64,000 nucleotides of DNA from an uncultured virus (IMG/VR IMGVR_UViG_3300032218_002295) (Duplodnaviria > Heunggongvirae > Uroviricota > Caudoviricetes), in IMG/VR virus record IMGVR_UViG_3300032218_002295; one strand, written 5' to 3'. Both the position numbers and the translations under genes were made by a program. The notes under the pieces are model-generated. The model worked only from the letters and a program-made list of their open reading frames with translations. It was not told the DNA's origin and did no database searches. Of the stretch, positions 19,846-29,702 are shown in pieces. The stretch's first letter is position 1. Every line of letters starts with the position of its first letter.

Positions 19846-22800
19846 ATGGCAACAGTCAGCTCTAAATATGGCGCAGGTATATACGGTATATCTAAATACG
19901 GCGAGAAAGAAGTCAGCCGTACTTATTATGCTGCAAACCTAAACGGATGGTGTTATACCTTTAATACGGTATCACTAATCTGGACGTCTATTGCAACTGA
20001 CCCAACAGATCCTGCACCAACCCATTGGAAGCTAGTAAGAAGCTTTACTGGTCTACCTGATAATCCTTTTGAGGCTACAGGCCTTACTGGAGACGAGTGG
20101 TCATCTTTTAGAACCACCTATATTGATCAAAATATTGCTAATGATAACCTCCAGGTTAACTATTCAATTTGGCTCTTTAATGGAGAAGATTGGATTCTTT
20201 GTGGACAAAAAGATATTGTAATTGTTCAAGAAACAAATACCCTAACTAAAGTACTTAAATGGCTTCCTAGAGCATGGCTAAACCCTATAGATGCTACCGG
20301 AGAAGTTCTTGGTGAACCAGAACAAGACAATGATTTAGTAAATACTCTACGTGCCTATACATTTATGTATGATAAGTTTGATGCAGAAATTGACATTCTT
20401 CAAAGTGTATCCGCTCAAAATTCTCACAGTGCTTTACTGCCTAATCAGATGTCAGAGCTTGGATTTACGTATGAACCTGCACTAGGAGATAGCTATCACC
20501 GAGCCCTGTATAAAGCCGGAAACGTTATTAATGGATCTAAAGGTACCGCTGGAGCTATTGATGCATATGTTACGGGCCTTACTCATTTAGGTAACTATAT
20601 TGAAATTGGCCATAATTTAATGCTTGATTATAACGATTCCTCGTTTGAGGAGTCTATAGGTCGTTGGTATACAAGTAAAGGAACTTTTGTTTCTTGCACC
20701 TATGCAAATTCTTTAAGCGTATTGGGCACAGCGATAACCCCCCCAGACCTGCCATTAGCAGATGCTTTATTTCCACCTCGTGGAGCAGGCTTTGGAGTAT
20801 TAACAATTCCAGAAGATTTTGTACCTACATTAAGTATGCGTTTACCGTCTGTAACTGTAAGTCCTCTTCTTTATGGAACACCTGTAAAAGAAAAAACAAG
20901 ATATTTATTTTCAGGATGGGTTCGACACCTTACATCTAGTGCAACTGTTTCAGTAACAATTTACTGGTATAACTCTATTGGTGAGGGTATTGGAAATAAC
21001 ACCTCCTCAACCCCAATCACTACAACAACTACCTGGAAAGAGTTTACTTCAAAGTCTGATGCTGGACGAAATGGTCAACTGTCTCCAGCTAATGCTGCCT
21101 ACGCGGTTATATCCTTTTCAGTAACAAGTTCAGTAACTACTACTTCTAAACTTTTATTTGATATGTTCCAGTTAGCTCAAGCAGACGTAAGTCTAGAGTT
21201 TGAAGATGCTCGCCGAGTTAGAGTCTATTTACAAGGTGAAACAGAAAATTTTCTTCCTAACCCAAGTTTTGAACAAGGTATCGGTGGATGGACCGTATCT
21301 CCAAACGCATCATATGCTCAAGATCCAACTGTTTACAATAATGCTTTAATCTCAGGAACCTGTCTTGGTGAAATTACAATACAAACTCCTGGACCTGCTT
21401 GGGTTGCCTCAGATTGGTTTGTTGTTCAACCTGGATTAAACTATACTTTTAGTGCACACCTTGGAACTCACTATCCTAATTTTGGTAGGGTTCAGCTTCG
21501 TATTGAGTTTTCTAATCGTGAATCAGTAGAACTTCAAGTTAAAACATTTGAAGATGAAAATGGGTCATACTATAGCAATGATTATTACTATGTTGAGTCA
21601 GACATTGTTACTTTAAGTGCTCATTACGTTTTGGATGAAAATGGGAATCCAATTGTAGACGCCTTTGAACCCGGTCAACCTATTCAATATATCCCGGACA
21701 TTGCAAGACTACACGTAACTGGAATTGCGCCGCAATACACCAGAGACTCTGGAGAACCTATGGCAAAGGTATCTATCCATTGGCTGGATACAAATCAAAG
21801 ATCAGAAACTTGTTATATGGATGCACTTTTATTCCAACCTTCAAATTCTTTAACCCCGTATTTTGACGGCAGCGGAGCACCAACTCCAGAAAATCCGGTG
21901 ACAGATTACTTCTTTAAAGATGCTGATTGTTTTTGGGAATACAAAAATATAGCAAACTTTATTACTAACCCATCATTTTCTAGTACAACAGGGTGGGCTA
22001 CCGAATCCGGATCTACACTAACTTCAGATACTGCTGGTATGGCAGCTACTAGAGCTGTAGAACCAAATGGAACTCTAAGTAATACAACAATTCTTCCTGA
22101 ACCATATGGTCCATACGTAGGCACTACTATGGGAAAAGTTTCTTATAACATAAACGTAGGTGGCGGAATTAGTACTACTGTGTATTTGCCTTCTCCGGCT
22201 GTGGGTGGTGAAGATTTTGTAGTATCTGCGTTTGTTAGGGCTGCCGAAGCTTTATACACAATCTCTACTTCTGGTGGCGGCGTTACAACCTCTACGACTA
22301 TGGAAGTTTACCAACACGATCAATATCAGTGGATTAGAATTGTAGCAGTCAGACAACTATTGCCGGGTGAAACCTCATTTACTATGAGTGTTCATGCAAC
22401 CCCTCCCCCACCATTTTTTCCAGGTGGTCCTGCAGGATATACAATTGGTCCTACTAACTTTTTTCATATTGATGCTGCTCAAGCTGAATATGGACGCATT
22501 CCTACAGGATATGTTGGTCCAGACTCTGTTGGGTCTCATACAATTCCAAATACCGGAAACCTAGCTACCAACATGCACGTTGCTCAGACTCAAAGTATTG
22601 GTGGAGGAAAAAGTTCTTATATTCCAAACTATGGGGTAAAACTTTCCCGCCTAACAAATTCTCTAGGTTTAGTTATGCCGCATGGAAGTACTTGGTGTGT
22701 AAAACCTGGGTTCCCTACAGAAAACTATCCAGATTTAACTGAGTCGTTAATTTCAAACGCTTCATTTGAAAAAAGCCTTGGTGGTTGGACCGGAAATAAT

Positions 22801-23331
22801 TCGATATTAAATCGAGTTGTTTCTAGAGGATCTTTATTTGGAGATTTTGTAACGCATGGGGCTGCTTATTGCAAAGTAATTAGTAGTGGAACAAATAGCT
22901 CTACCAAAGCCTTTGGTATTCATACTGATCAATTTAAGGTCTATGCTGGAAGAGGATATTACTCTTCTATAGCTTTACGTCCAGATAATAGTAACTCCAC
23001 AAGTGGTACTTATAAACTAAGAGTTGACTACTACACTGAAGGTGATAGTCAAATTAAGGTCTACTATGGAATTACAGACGTAGCGACTAGTACTTACGCT
23101 TTTTCTGTGTCTACTTCCTCATTTGAGGGGGCCTATTCTGAGGTTACAGATACTTATCGTCAAAAAGTAGTTTCAATTACTAGGACTGATCGGTGGGCAT
23201 TCGTAAACCTCATCATGCCCGCCTTCTCAACAGTGGGGGCTAGCTACGCCGTTTTGACAGTAACCTATACACCTGCTACCTTCGTAGCTGGACAGGCCTT
23301 CCATATTGACAGGGCTATTTTTAGAGAGTAG
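19846..23331 (+). CDS. Large baseplate wedge/tail protein with several carbohydrate-binding-like domains
   Basis: P2 gpI-like ..KGT..AI segment; repeated N.SFE..GW jelly-roll starts (DSSFEESIGRW, NPSFEQGIGGW, NPSFSSTTGW, NASFEKSLGGW). Confidence 0.7.
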   Translation: MATVSSKYGAGIYGISKYGEKEVSRTYYAANLNGWCYTFNTVSLIWTSIATDPTDPAPTHWKLVRSFTGLPDNPFEATGLTGDEWSSFRTTYIDQNIANDNLQVNYSIWLFNGEDWILCGQKDIVIVQETNTLTKVLKWLPRAWLNPIDATGEVLGEPEQDNDLVNTLRAYTFMYDKFDAEIDILQSVSAQNSHSALLPNQMSELGFTYEPALGDSYHRALYKAGNVINGSKGTAGAIDAYVTGLTHLGNYIEIGHNLMLDYNDSSFEESIGRWYTSKGTFVSCTYANSLSVLGTAITPPDLPLADALFPPRGAGFGVLTIPEDFVPTLSMRLPSVTVSPLLYGTPVKEKTRYLFSGWVRHLTSSATVSVTIYWYNSIGEGIGNNTSSTPITTTTTWKEFTSKSDAGRNGQLSPANAAYAVISFSVTSSVTTTSKLLFDMFQLAQADVSLEFEDARRVRVYLQGETENFLPNPSFEQGIGGWTVSPNASYAQDPTVYNNALISGTCLGEITIQTPGPAWVASDWFVVQPGLNYTFSAHLGTHYPNFGRVQLRIEFSNRESVELQVKTFEDENGSYYSNDYYYVESDIVTLSAHYVLDENGNPIVDAFEPGQPIQYIPDIARLHVTGIAPQYTRDSGEPMAKVSIHWLDTNQRSETCYMDALLFQPSNSLTPYFDGSGAPTPENPVTDYFFKDADCFWEYKNIANFITNPSFSSTTGWATESGSTLTSDTAGMAATRAVEPNGTLSNTTILPEPYGPYVGTTMGKVSYNINVGGGISTTVYLPSPAVGGEDFVVSAFVRAAEALYTISTSGGGVTTSTTMEVYQHDQYQWIRIVAVRQLLPGETSFTMSVHATPPPPFFPGGPAGYTIGPTNFFHIDAAQAEYGRIPTGYVGPDSVGSHTIPNTGNLATNMHVAQTQSIGGGKSSYIPNYGVKLSRLTNSLGLVMPHGSTWCVKPGFPTENYPDLTESLISNASFEKSLGGWTGNNSILNRVVSRGSLFGDFVTHGAAYCKVISSGTNSSTKAFGIHTDQFKVYAGRGYYSSIALRPDNSNSTSGTYKLRVDYYTEGDSQIKVYYGITDVATSTYAFSVSTSSFEGAYSEVTDTYRQKVVSITRTDRWAFVNLIMPAFSTVGASYAVLTVTYTPATFVAGQAFHIDRAIFRE

Positions 23332-23343
23332 GTTAGCCGCATG
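23306..23343 (+). promoter_or_regulatory. Sigma-70-type promoter for a leaderless transcript heading the replication module
   Basis: TTGACA 23306-23311, 17 nt, TAGGTT 23329-23334, 6 nt, ATG 23341. Confidence 0.75.
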
Positions 23344-23616
23344 ACTCTTGTAGTAATATCCGCTTTAGCTACGGCTTGTCTTTTAACCGCTGTAGAAAGC
23401 TTAATTATACCTTTAGGTAAGTGGCGAGGCTTATTAGCGCTGGTTATATCTATCCCGGCGTGTCTTTTACTGGGAATTGCTTTAAAGCCATTAGCAGTAT
23501 ATTCTCTGGCTTCAACGTTCCTCGGTTTGACATTATCGCTAGTCGTGGAGCAAACTTTCACCGGAATTTCTGTAAGGGAATTTCGCGGTCTACCCAAAAA
23601 GGTGGATCACATTTAG
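23341..23616 (+). CDS. Small membrane protein
   Basis: Three hydrophobic segments. Confidence 0.65.
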   Translation: MTLVVISALATACLLTAVESLIIPLGKWRGLLALVISIPACLLLGIALKPLAVYSLASTFLGLTLSLVVEQTFTGISVREFRGLPKKVDHI

Positions 23617-23637
23617 TACATAGAAAAGAGAGGGCAA

Positions 23638-24570
23638 ATGCACGCACCAAATCTAAACCCGTATCTTTCGGGTAATGCACGCGCACTATGGATGGTGTTT
23701 GCCACTGTAGGTCGAGTGATGTCGGCTGCCGAAGTTATGGAAAGCAACTATATGACTGAGGGCAGAGACGCTATTCGTAATGCAATGACAGAACTAAAAC
23801 GCACGGGCTATATCAAGGCCGTAAAAGAACAAACTGCCGGCGGTCGCTGGGTAACTTCCCTAAAATTTACAGAAGTCGGACAAAAATATGTCGACTTATT
23901 CAACTGGAATTACCAGCCAGTACCGACGCCTGAATTTCCGTACGTCGGTGAACCAGGCACTACTAGTAATATAACTACTAATGACTATCAAAGCCTAGAA
24001 GTACTACGTACTTCTAGTCTTTCGGCGGAGCCGAAGGGAGAACTGCCAATGAGTTGGCCAATGCTGGACGAAGAGAACGAACCAAAAAAGAAAAAGCCCG
24101 CTATCGATGAATCTGATACTGGGGCAATTGGAAAAGTCGTTGACAAGCAAGCTAAGCGCAACGCCAAATATAAAACTACTTCGTTTGAGGCTGTCCCCGC
24201 CTCCATGCGTCGATACGAGCGTTCTGAAGAGGAGTGGGGCACCGATGACTTGATTGCGGAGTTCTATGATCAGATTCGTGAACACTGTCCCGGTATTCCT
24301 TCACAGGTCAACGGTAAATCTTTAATCACGTGGATCAATAGCCAAGTTGGTCAAGGTGTGGCGCGAACTTCAATCTTAAAAGCAATCCGTATGTTCTTTG
24401 TTGATCCACGCAACTTGATGGATCTTGGCGTAGGTCAACCTGTGTGGCGTAGATTCATTGCGTATTATCCAACAGTCCACGGTTTGACTACCAAGACCGA
24501 GACCGAGTACGTTGATGATGAGTTCCTGGCTCATCAGGAAAAAATGTTAAAACTTCTCGGAGGTAACTAA
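23638..24570 (+). CDS. Probable replication initiator (N-terminal wHTH)
   Basis: LSGNARAL...EGRDAIRNAMTELKRTGYI HTH; directly upstream of DnaC-like loader. Confidence 0.65.
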   Translation: MHAPNLNPYLSGNARALWMVFATVGRVMSAAEVMESNYMTEGRDAIRNAMTELKRTGYIKAVKEQTAGGRWVTSLKFTEVGQKYVDLFNWNYQPVPTPEFPYVGEPGTTSNITTNDYQSLEVLRTSSLSAEPKGELPMSWPMLDEENEPKKKKPAIDESDTGAIGKVVDKQAKRNAKYKTTSFEAVPASMRRYERSEEEWGTDDLIAEFYDQIREHCPGIPSQVNGKSLITWINSQVGQGVARTSILKAIRMFFVDPRNLMDLGVGQPVWRRFIAYYPTVHGLTTKTETEYVDDEFLAHQEKMLKLLGGN

Positions 24571-25265
24571 TGTACGACCTATCGAAGGAACGTCCGGGAG
24601 TTCGTATGCGTATTCGGCATGCTGGTCTTCCAGCAAAGTCAATCGGCATGGAGTTCTCAGATATCGACGATTCTCCGGAAAAAACTCAGGTCATGCAATG
24701 GGTGGGGCTGGTCAAAGCTGGGAAGGTCATTAGAGCCCTTGGAGAGCCTACCTGCGGCCTTGGACTCCTATTGGCGGGTAAACCGGGTCACGGCAAGACT
24801 ACGATGGCCTCTATAGCCCTCCAAAGCCTTATTAGGACCATTACGCCTGACCTATTTGGCTCAGACGGATCGATGCCCGCCAACTTAGCGGGCTTCAGAG
24901 ACTATCCTAAGCTCCTTCGACTTCAGAAGATGCAGTTCGAAGACCCTAACGAAAACACTCAACGCGAGATAGATTCTATCTTTGGGGATTTAGCTCCCCA
25001 CGAAAACTATCAAACGTTTGTGTTGGACGACCTTGGCAAGGAATATAGAACCGCAACTGGTTGGGCTGAGAATCAATTTGACGCCCTCCTTCGTTCCCGG
25101 TTCAATGCGGGTCTGCCAACAATTGTTACGACGAATACCGCCCTCAAAGACTGGGGTACGGTGTACGGTGAGGCAATGGGCAGCTTCGCGCACGAGGCGT
25201 TTATTCCATTAGTAGTTCGTTCACAAAAAGGGGATCATAGAAAAAATGAAAAAGAAAATGAGTAA
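24570..25265 (+). CDS. DnaC/IstB-like AAA+ helicase loader
   Basis: Walker A GKPGHGKT, Walker B VLDDLGKE, R...LPTIVTTN. Confidence 0.88.
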   Translation: MYDLSKERPGVRMRIRHAGLPAKSIGMEFSDIDDSPEKTQVMQWVGLVKAGKVIRALGEPTCGLGLLLAGKPGHGKTTMASIALQSLIRTITPDLFGSDGSMPANLAGFRDYPKLLRLQKMQFEDPNENTQREIDSIFGDLAPHENYQTFVLDDLGKEYRTATGWAENQFDALLRSRFNAGLPTIVTTNTALKDWGTVYGEAMGSFAHEAFIPLVVRSQKGDHRKNEKENE

Positions 25266-25548
25266 TGCTGTGATGTATGGTTGGAAAACAGTTCAGTTCT
25301 TCCTCTCCGCTGAAGGAGTTTGTGAAGTTCAGATTTCTCATGACTGCGAACTACGTTGCACTTGTGATGGATACGGTAACCGTAGAAAGTGCCGCCATAT
25401 AAATCTTTGTTCTGCAAAATTAAAGAACGGTCAATATCCAATTGAGATTACTGGAGATATTCCAGAGGATCTACTTACAGAGGCTCGTACATCCCCGACA
25501 GCCTTTAGGACCATAATTTTGAAATACGGAAAACCTCTGGTATTCTAA
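25246..25548 (+). CDS. SWIM zinc-finger protein
   Basis: CTC...KCRH SWIM signature. Confidence 0.7.
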   Translation: MKKKMSNAVMYGWKTVQFFLSAEGVCEVQISHDCELRCTCDGYGNRRKCRHINLCSAKLKNGQYPIEITGDIPEDLLTEARTSPTAFRTIILKYGKPLVF

Positions 25549-25552
25549 AATT

Positions 25553-25972
25553 ATGCAAGGGGGCGATATTTCAAATGAGGTTCCTCAGCGAGTAGCTGTT
25601 ACCCTAGATTGTATTTTAGTAAAGACGCCAAGTATTAAAAAGTCTTTACTAGGTCTAGTAAGTATTCCTACCGAAGAGGTTACCTACAATAGGCAGGCGT
25701 TATCTTTATTTTGGCGCTATGCACAAAAAAATAATGTTGTTATGGAATTAGTTGGGTTTGGATATACCAAGAGAGAAATGAAATCCATAATGGATGATCT
25801 TGACAACTTGGGTACTAATCCGTTTAACTATGTCAACTGCTATAAAGTTGTTGCTGATCTTGTTGGTGAACTACCATATAGGCCTGAGCTTCGATTTGTG
25901 GTAGACATACCTTCTCGAGGTCTTCGATATGGTGCACGATTTATAGATATGAGGGAACTCAGTGGCAGCTGA
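25553..25972 (+). CDS. Hypothetical protein, possibly HAD-like fold
   Basis: MQGGDISNE start; TATTCT-6nt-ATG leaderless arrangement. Confidence 0.55.
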   Translation: MQGGDISNEVPQRVAVTLDCILVKTPSIKKSLLGLVSIPTEEVTYNRQALSLFWRYAQKNNVVMELVGFGYTKREMKSIMDDLDNLGTNPFNYVNCYKVVADLVGELPYRPELRFVVDIPSRGLRYGARFIDMRELSGS

Positions 25973-27182
25973 TAATGAAGTGCGGCTTTTATCTAGGGCT
26001 ATCCGTACTAGAGATATTTCTACCTTACTAGAACGTGGTGTAGAGGGTGGTTGGTTCTTTAATGATGACAACCGTGCAGTCTGGGAGTTTCTACGCAATC
26101 ACTGGACTAAGTATCAGGAAGTACCTACAGCAACAACCGTCTTAGATAATTTTCCAACCTACAAGCTTTTAGCTGTAGATGATGCATTAGATTATCTTTT
26201 AGATCAGCTAATAGAATTTAGAAAGCGTCAAAAATCTATTGAGGTAGTTCAACAGGCTGCGGATGCTATTGCTGCTGGCGATCATACTTCCGCCATTAAA
26301 ATTATGGGACATGGGTTTGCAACGCTCATTGATGAAGGGTCCGCAGCACCTACAGAGATTGATCTGACCAAAGATGCAATAGATCGTTTTGATGAGTATT
26401 TGGATATCAAGACTCGTCCCAATGGTTTACTAGGAATTGCTACCGGATTTCAAGTTATGGATATGGCTACTGCTGGTTTACAGCCAGGACAATTGGTAAC
26501 TATTATTGCTCCACCTAAAACTGGTAAATCTGTACTTGCAATGCAAATGGCTGTAAATGTACACAATGACGGGCAAGTACCTATGTTCCAATCTTTTGAG
26601 ATGAGCAATCTAGAACAGCAACATCGACACGATGCTATGCGAGCGCACATATCTCATGGTCGATTGATTCGTGGAGCACTCACTACAGATGAAGAAGCAC
26701 GTTATCGCGACATGCTTTTAAGGATGGGTGGAATGCATAAGTTTTATTTAACAGAATCTATCTCAGGAGCTACTGTTTCTCAACTAGCCTTAAAACTGGA
26801 AAAACTTCGTCCACAGATCTTATTTGTTGACGGTGTCTACCTCATGTTTGATGAGATCAGCCAGGAGCGAGGAACACCTTTAGCATTAAAAAACATTACT
26901 CAATCAATGAAACGCTTAGCACAGAAGTACGATATCCCCATCGTTCAGAGTACTCAGGTATTGACTTATAAGATGAAAAAAGGACAGGTAACTGCAGACT
27001 CTATTGGTTACTCATCTTCTTTCCATCAAGATTCAGATGTAATTTTTGCTTTACAGCGTCAAGATGAGGATGACGATAGTTCTCGTTTGCTTCGCATTGT
27101 TGCTAGCCGTAACTGTGGTCCAGCAGAAGTTGAACTACTTTGGGATTGGGAAGAAGGGAAGTTCCAGGAATATGGTGCATAA
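25962..27182 (+). CDS. dnaB: DnaB-like replicative helicase
   Basis: GIATGF, GLQPGQL, APPKTGKS, SFEMS, FVDGVYLM, QDSD. Confidence 0.92.
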   Translation: MAADNEVRLLSRAIRTRDISTLLERGVEGGWFFNDDNRAVWEFLRNHWTKYQEVPTATTVLDNFPTYKLLAVDDALDYLLDQLIEFRKRQKSIEVVQQAADAIAAGDHTSAIKIMGHGFATLIDEGSAAPTEIDLTKDAIDRFDEYLDIKTRPNGLLGIATGFQVMDMATAGLQPGQLVTIIAPPKTGKSVLAMQMAVNVHNDGQVPMFQSFEMSNLEQQHRHDAMRAHISHGRLIRGALTTDEEARYRDMLLRMGGMHKFYLTESISGATVSQLALKLEKLRPQILFVDGVYLMFDEISQERGTPLALKNITQSMKRLAQKYDIPIVQSTQVLTYKMKKGQVTADSIGYSSSFHQDSDVIFALQRQDEDDDSSRLLRIVASRNCGPAEVELLWDWEEGKFQEYGA

Positions 27183-27429
27183 TTTTGAATATGGCGATTA
27201 CCCATTTGACGGTACTCAGCTATGTAATGACTCAAACTCAGAGGTCTTTTTTCCCGAAGAGTACACAGACCCAGCAGTCGTTAACGCAGCAAAACAGATC
27301 TGTTCAGCTTGTCCGCTCATTAATCAATGTTTGGCATATGCAATTCAAACACCTTGGTTAGAGGGTATCTGGGGCGGTACAACCCCTCGTCAACGCAGCC
27401 GTATGCGTAGTCGTAGGGTAAGGGTGTAA
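27172..27429 (+). CDS. whiB: WhiB-family Fe-S transcription factor
   Basis: C...FFPE...AKQICSACPLINQC...GIWGGTTPRQR; AGGA SD before ATG 27172. Confidence 0.92.
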   Translation: MVHNFEYGDYPFDGTQLCNDSNSEVFFPEEYTDPAVVNAAKQICSACPLINQCLAYAIQTPWLEGIWGGTTPRQRSRMRSRRVRV

Positions 27430-27440
27430 AAGACTCCCGT

Positions 27441-27635
27441 ATGGATATTAGAGGAGTACCCACGCATGTCTGTCCTTGCGGATCTGAACTATGGAGTGTT
27501 AAAGTTATCTTTAAGGATTATGAAGTAGCGATGTACTTTCTTGAAATGGAATGTGCGCTTTGCGGAACCCTAGCTACAGCGCCTACACTTGCAGATAGAC
27601 CGGAGGACTATCATGTTGAAGAAGAAGACTACTGA
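27441..27635 (+). CDS. Small zinc-binding protein
   Basis: GVPTHVCPCG...CALCG. Confidence 0.65.
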   Translation: MDIRGVPTHVCPCGSELWSVKVIFKDYEVAMYFLEMECALCGTLATAPTLADRPEDYHVEEEDY

Positions 27636-27888
27636 AGCAACTTTAGAGCATTCGGATATAAAGCTTGTACGAGTTCATCTAAAGGGTCAATGTCAAGGTG
27701 ATTACTGCACTATTCACAATAGATCAGATCATCATATGCGTAGTTGGCCACAAATTTGGAACCCTAATGTCTTTGCCATGTTTAGAGTTTGCCAGCACGG
27801 CAGAGCACATACAGACCCTGATGAAATCAATAAAGATGTTGTAGTAAAGTTTGAACACGACATGGATTGTGACGGATGCTGTGTATAG
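27613..27888 (+). CDS. Cys/His-rich hypothetical protein
   Basis: GGAGG SD before ATG 27613; C..YCTIH..SDH, CQHG, CDGCC. Confidence 0.6.
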   Translation: MLKKKTTEATLEHSDIKLVRVHLKGQCQGDYCTIHNRSDHHMRSWPQIWNPNVFAMFRVCQHGRAHTDPDEINKDVVVKFEHDMDCDGCCV

Positions 27889-28855
27889 AGACGGTGAAGT
27901 TTATAGAGCACTCTTAAAACTGGGTGTTGATGCTGACGAAGTTCGTGACGAATTAACTGGACATTGCCCATTGCATTTAGAGCGCACAGGCAGAGAAGAC
28001 ATAAACCCTTCTTGGTCTATAAATCAAGAAACAGGTGTCCACCATTGCTTCTCCTGTGGATACCGAGGAACTTTACTTAGTTTAGTTGCTGAAGTTAAAG
28101 ATCTAAAGACTAGTTTTGGGCTTCTTGATTTTGAGGCCGCAAAAGATTGGCTTTCTTCAAATATTGAGGTTGATCTTCAGGTTCTTATTCAACAAATGGA
28201 AGCTTCAAAGAATACATATGTTCGATTACCAAAACCAGTGCCTATGAGCGAGGCACGTTTAGCCGTCTATACCGATCCTCCAGAGTGGGCTCTTTTAGCT
28301 AGAAATGTAACACCAGAATTATGTTCAAAGTACTCTATTCGTTGGGATGAAAGTAAAAATATTTGGATCATTCCAATGCGAGATGAGAACGGCAATCTTA
28401 TGGGATGGCAAGAAAAAGGACAGGGTCATAAACACTTCTTTAATCGTCCACCCGGTATGCAAAAATCTAAAACCTTGTTTGGTTTAAGCGTCTGGGAAGG
28501 GTCAACAATGGTTGTTGTTGAATCGCCTCTAGATGCCGTAAAGGTTGGGGTCTGTCGAAATTCGACAGAGGGCGTGGCCATATGCGGTGCTCAGATTAGT
28601 ATTACTCAGCTTGATATGATGCGTAGGGCAGATAAGCTGATTATTGCTTTTGACAATCCTGCGGTAGACTCAGCAGGTAAAAAAGCTTTAAATGATTTCA
28701 TCGATATAGCAAAATCTCAGGGCATTGAGTTCTGGGCCTTTAATTACGGAGATAGCCTAGCTAAGGACATTGGCGATATGTCCACAGATGAGGTACGCTT
28801 CGGTATAGAACACGCAATCCATTGCGTTAAATTGAGGGGGATACTAAGTGACTGA
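27881..28855 (+). CDS. DNA primase (zinc finger plus TOPRIM)
   Basis: CPLH...HCFSCG; VVVESPLDA; IAFDN; KDIGD. Confidence 0.9.
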   Translation: MYRDGEVYRALLKLGVDADEVRDELTGHCPLHLERTGREDINPSWSINQETGVHHCFSCGYRGTLLSLVAEVKDLKTSFGLLDFEAAKDWLSSNIEVDLQVLIQQMEASKNTYVRLPKPVPMSEARLAVYTDPPEWALLARNVTPELCSKYSIRWDESKNIWIIPMRDENGNLMGWQEKGQGHKHFFNRPPGMQKSKTLFGLSVWEGSTMVVVESPLDAVKVGVCRNSTEGVAICGAQISITQLDMMRRADKLIIAFDNPAVDSAGKKALNDFIDIAKSQGIEFWAFNYGDSLAKDIGDMSTDEVRFGIEHAIHCVKLRGILSD

Positions 28856-28988
28856 GAAATCGGGTTCTGCCTGGTATATGAAGCGCTACCGAGATAAGGT
28901 AGAGCAACTAAAGAAAAAAGAAGAAGATTACTGGAATTCTATGCATGGACCAGTGATCATTACAAAGATTAGGTTAAAAAATGAGTAA
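28848..28988 (+). CDS. Small hypothetical protein (46 aa)
   Basis: Read by hand; GAGG SD; fills the gap after primase. Confidence 0.5.
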   Translation: MTEKSGSAWYMKRYRDKVEQLKKKEEDYWNSMHGPVIITKIRLKNE

Positions 28989-29103
28989 GGTAGGGGAAAA
29001 AGGTTATTGCAGCGACTGCGGAAATTGGGCAACCGATTGTAAGCAGGTGATTGTTTTTAGCGTTCCTGAAAAAGTTTGCCGGGATTGTAGGGAGAAAAAA
29101 TGA
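28981..29103 (+). CDS. Zinc-finger microprotein (40 aa)
   Basis: Read by hand: CSDC...CRDC; ATGA overlap with the kinase. Confidence 0.55.
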   Translation: MSKVGEKGYCSDCGNWATDCKQVIVFSVPEKVCRDCREKK

Positions 29104-29672
29104 TTATTGGATTAACCGGGTACGCACAGTCTGGGAAAGATACGGTTGCTGGTATTCTTGTTGAAAAGTATGGGTTTAGACGGTTAGCTTTTGCGGATGC
29201 TATCCGTGAACTAGCCTATGAAATGAACCCCATGATCGGATTTGTAGCAAATGAGCCTCGTTATCTACGCGACCGTGTAGATTCAGAGGGCTGGGATACT
29301 GCAAAATTAAACCCTGAAATTAGGCGCATACTTCAGGATTTAGGGGTAGGTGGAAGAAAGATTATTGACCGAGGAATTTGGATTAATCACGTTATGAAAC
29401 AAATCGGCGGAGTAGATGATCGCGTTGTCATAGCTGACGTTCGATTTGCTAATGAAGCAAATTTAATTAAAGAGTCTGAAGGCTCACAGATTTGGCGTGT
29501 AAAGCGGGTTGGTTATGGCCCTGTAAATAACCATGTTTCTGAATCAGAGATGGATGGCTATAAAGTTGATCAGATCTTTATTAATAATGGGTCTATTGAT
29601 GAACTTCAACATCTAATTCAAATTCGTATGAGCGGCATGATTGTCGCCAAACCTTTAAGTTATAACTGGTAA
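29100..29672 (+). CDS. Deoxynucleoside monophosphate kinase
   Basis: IIGLTGYAQSGKDT, FAD, R.ILQ.LG, DVRF.NE, H.SE. Confidence 0.92.
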   Translation: MIIGLTGYAQSGKDTVAGILVEKYGFRRLAFADAIRELAYEMNPMIGFVANEPRYLRDRVDSEGWDTAKLNPEIRRILQDLGVGGRKIIDRGIWINHVMKQIGGVDDRVVIADVRFANEANLIKESEGSQIWRVKRVGYGPVNNHVSESEMDGYKVDQIFINNGSIDELQHLIQIRMSGMIVAKPLSYNW

Positions 29673-29702
29673 CGCTATGTGGTCTTGGGCAAAGGCTGAG
29701 TA

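Noticed and set aside
6561..23331. Extracellular contractile injection system (Afp/PVC-like) or T6SS
   Set aside because: Gene order is CIS-like, but it is embedded with phage replication, lysis, tRNA and neck genes, so a myovirus tail is the simpler reading
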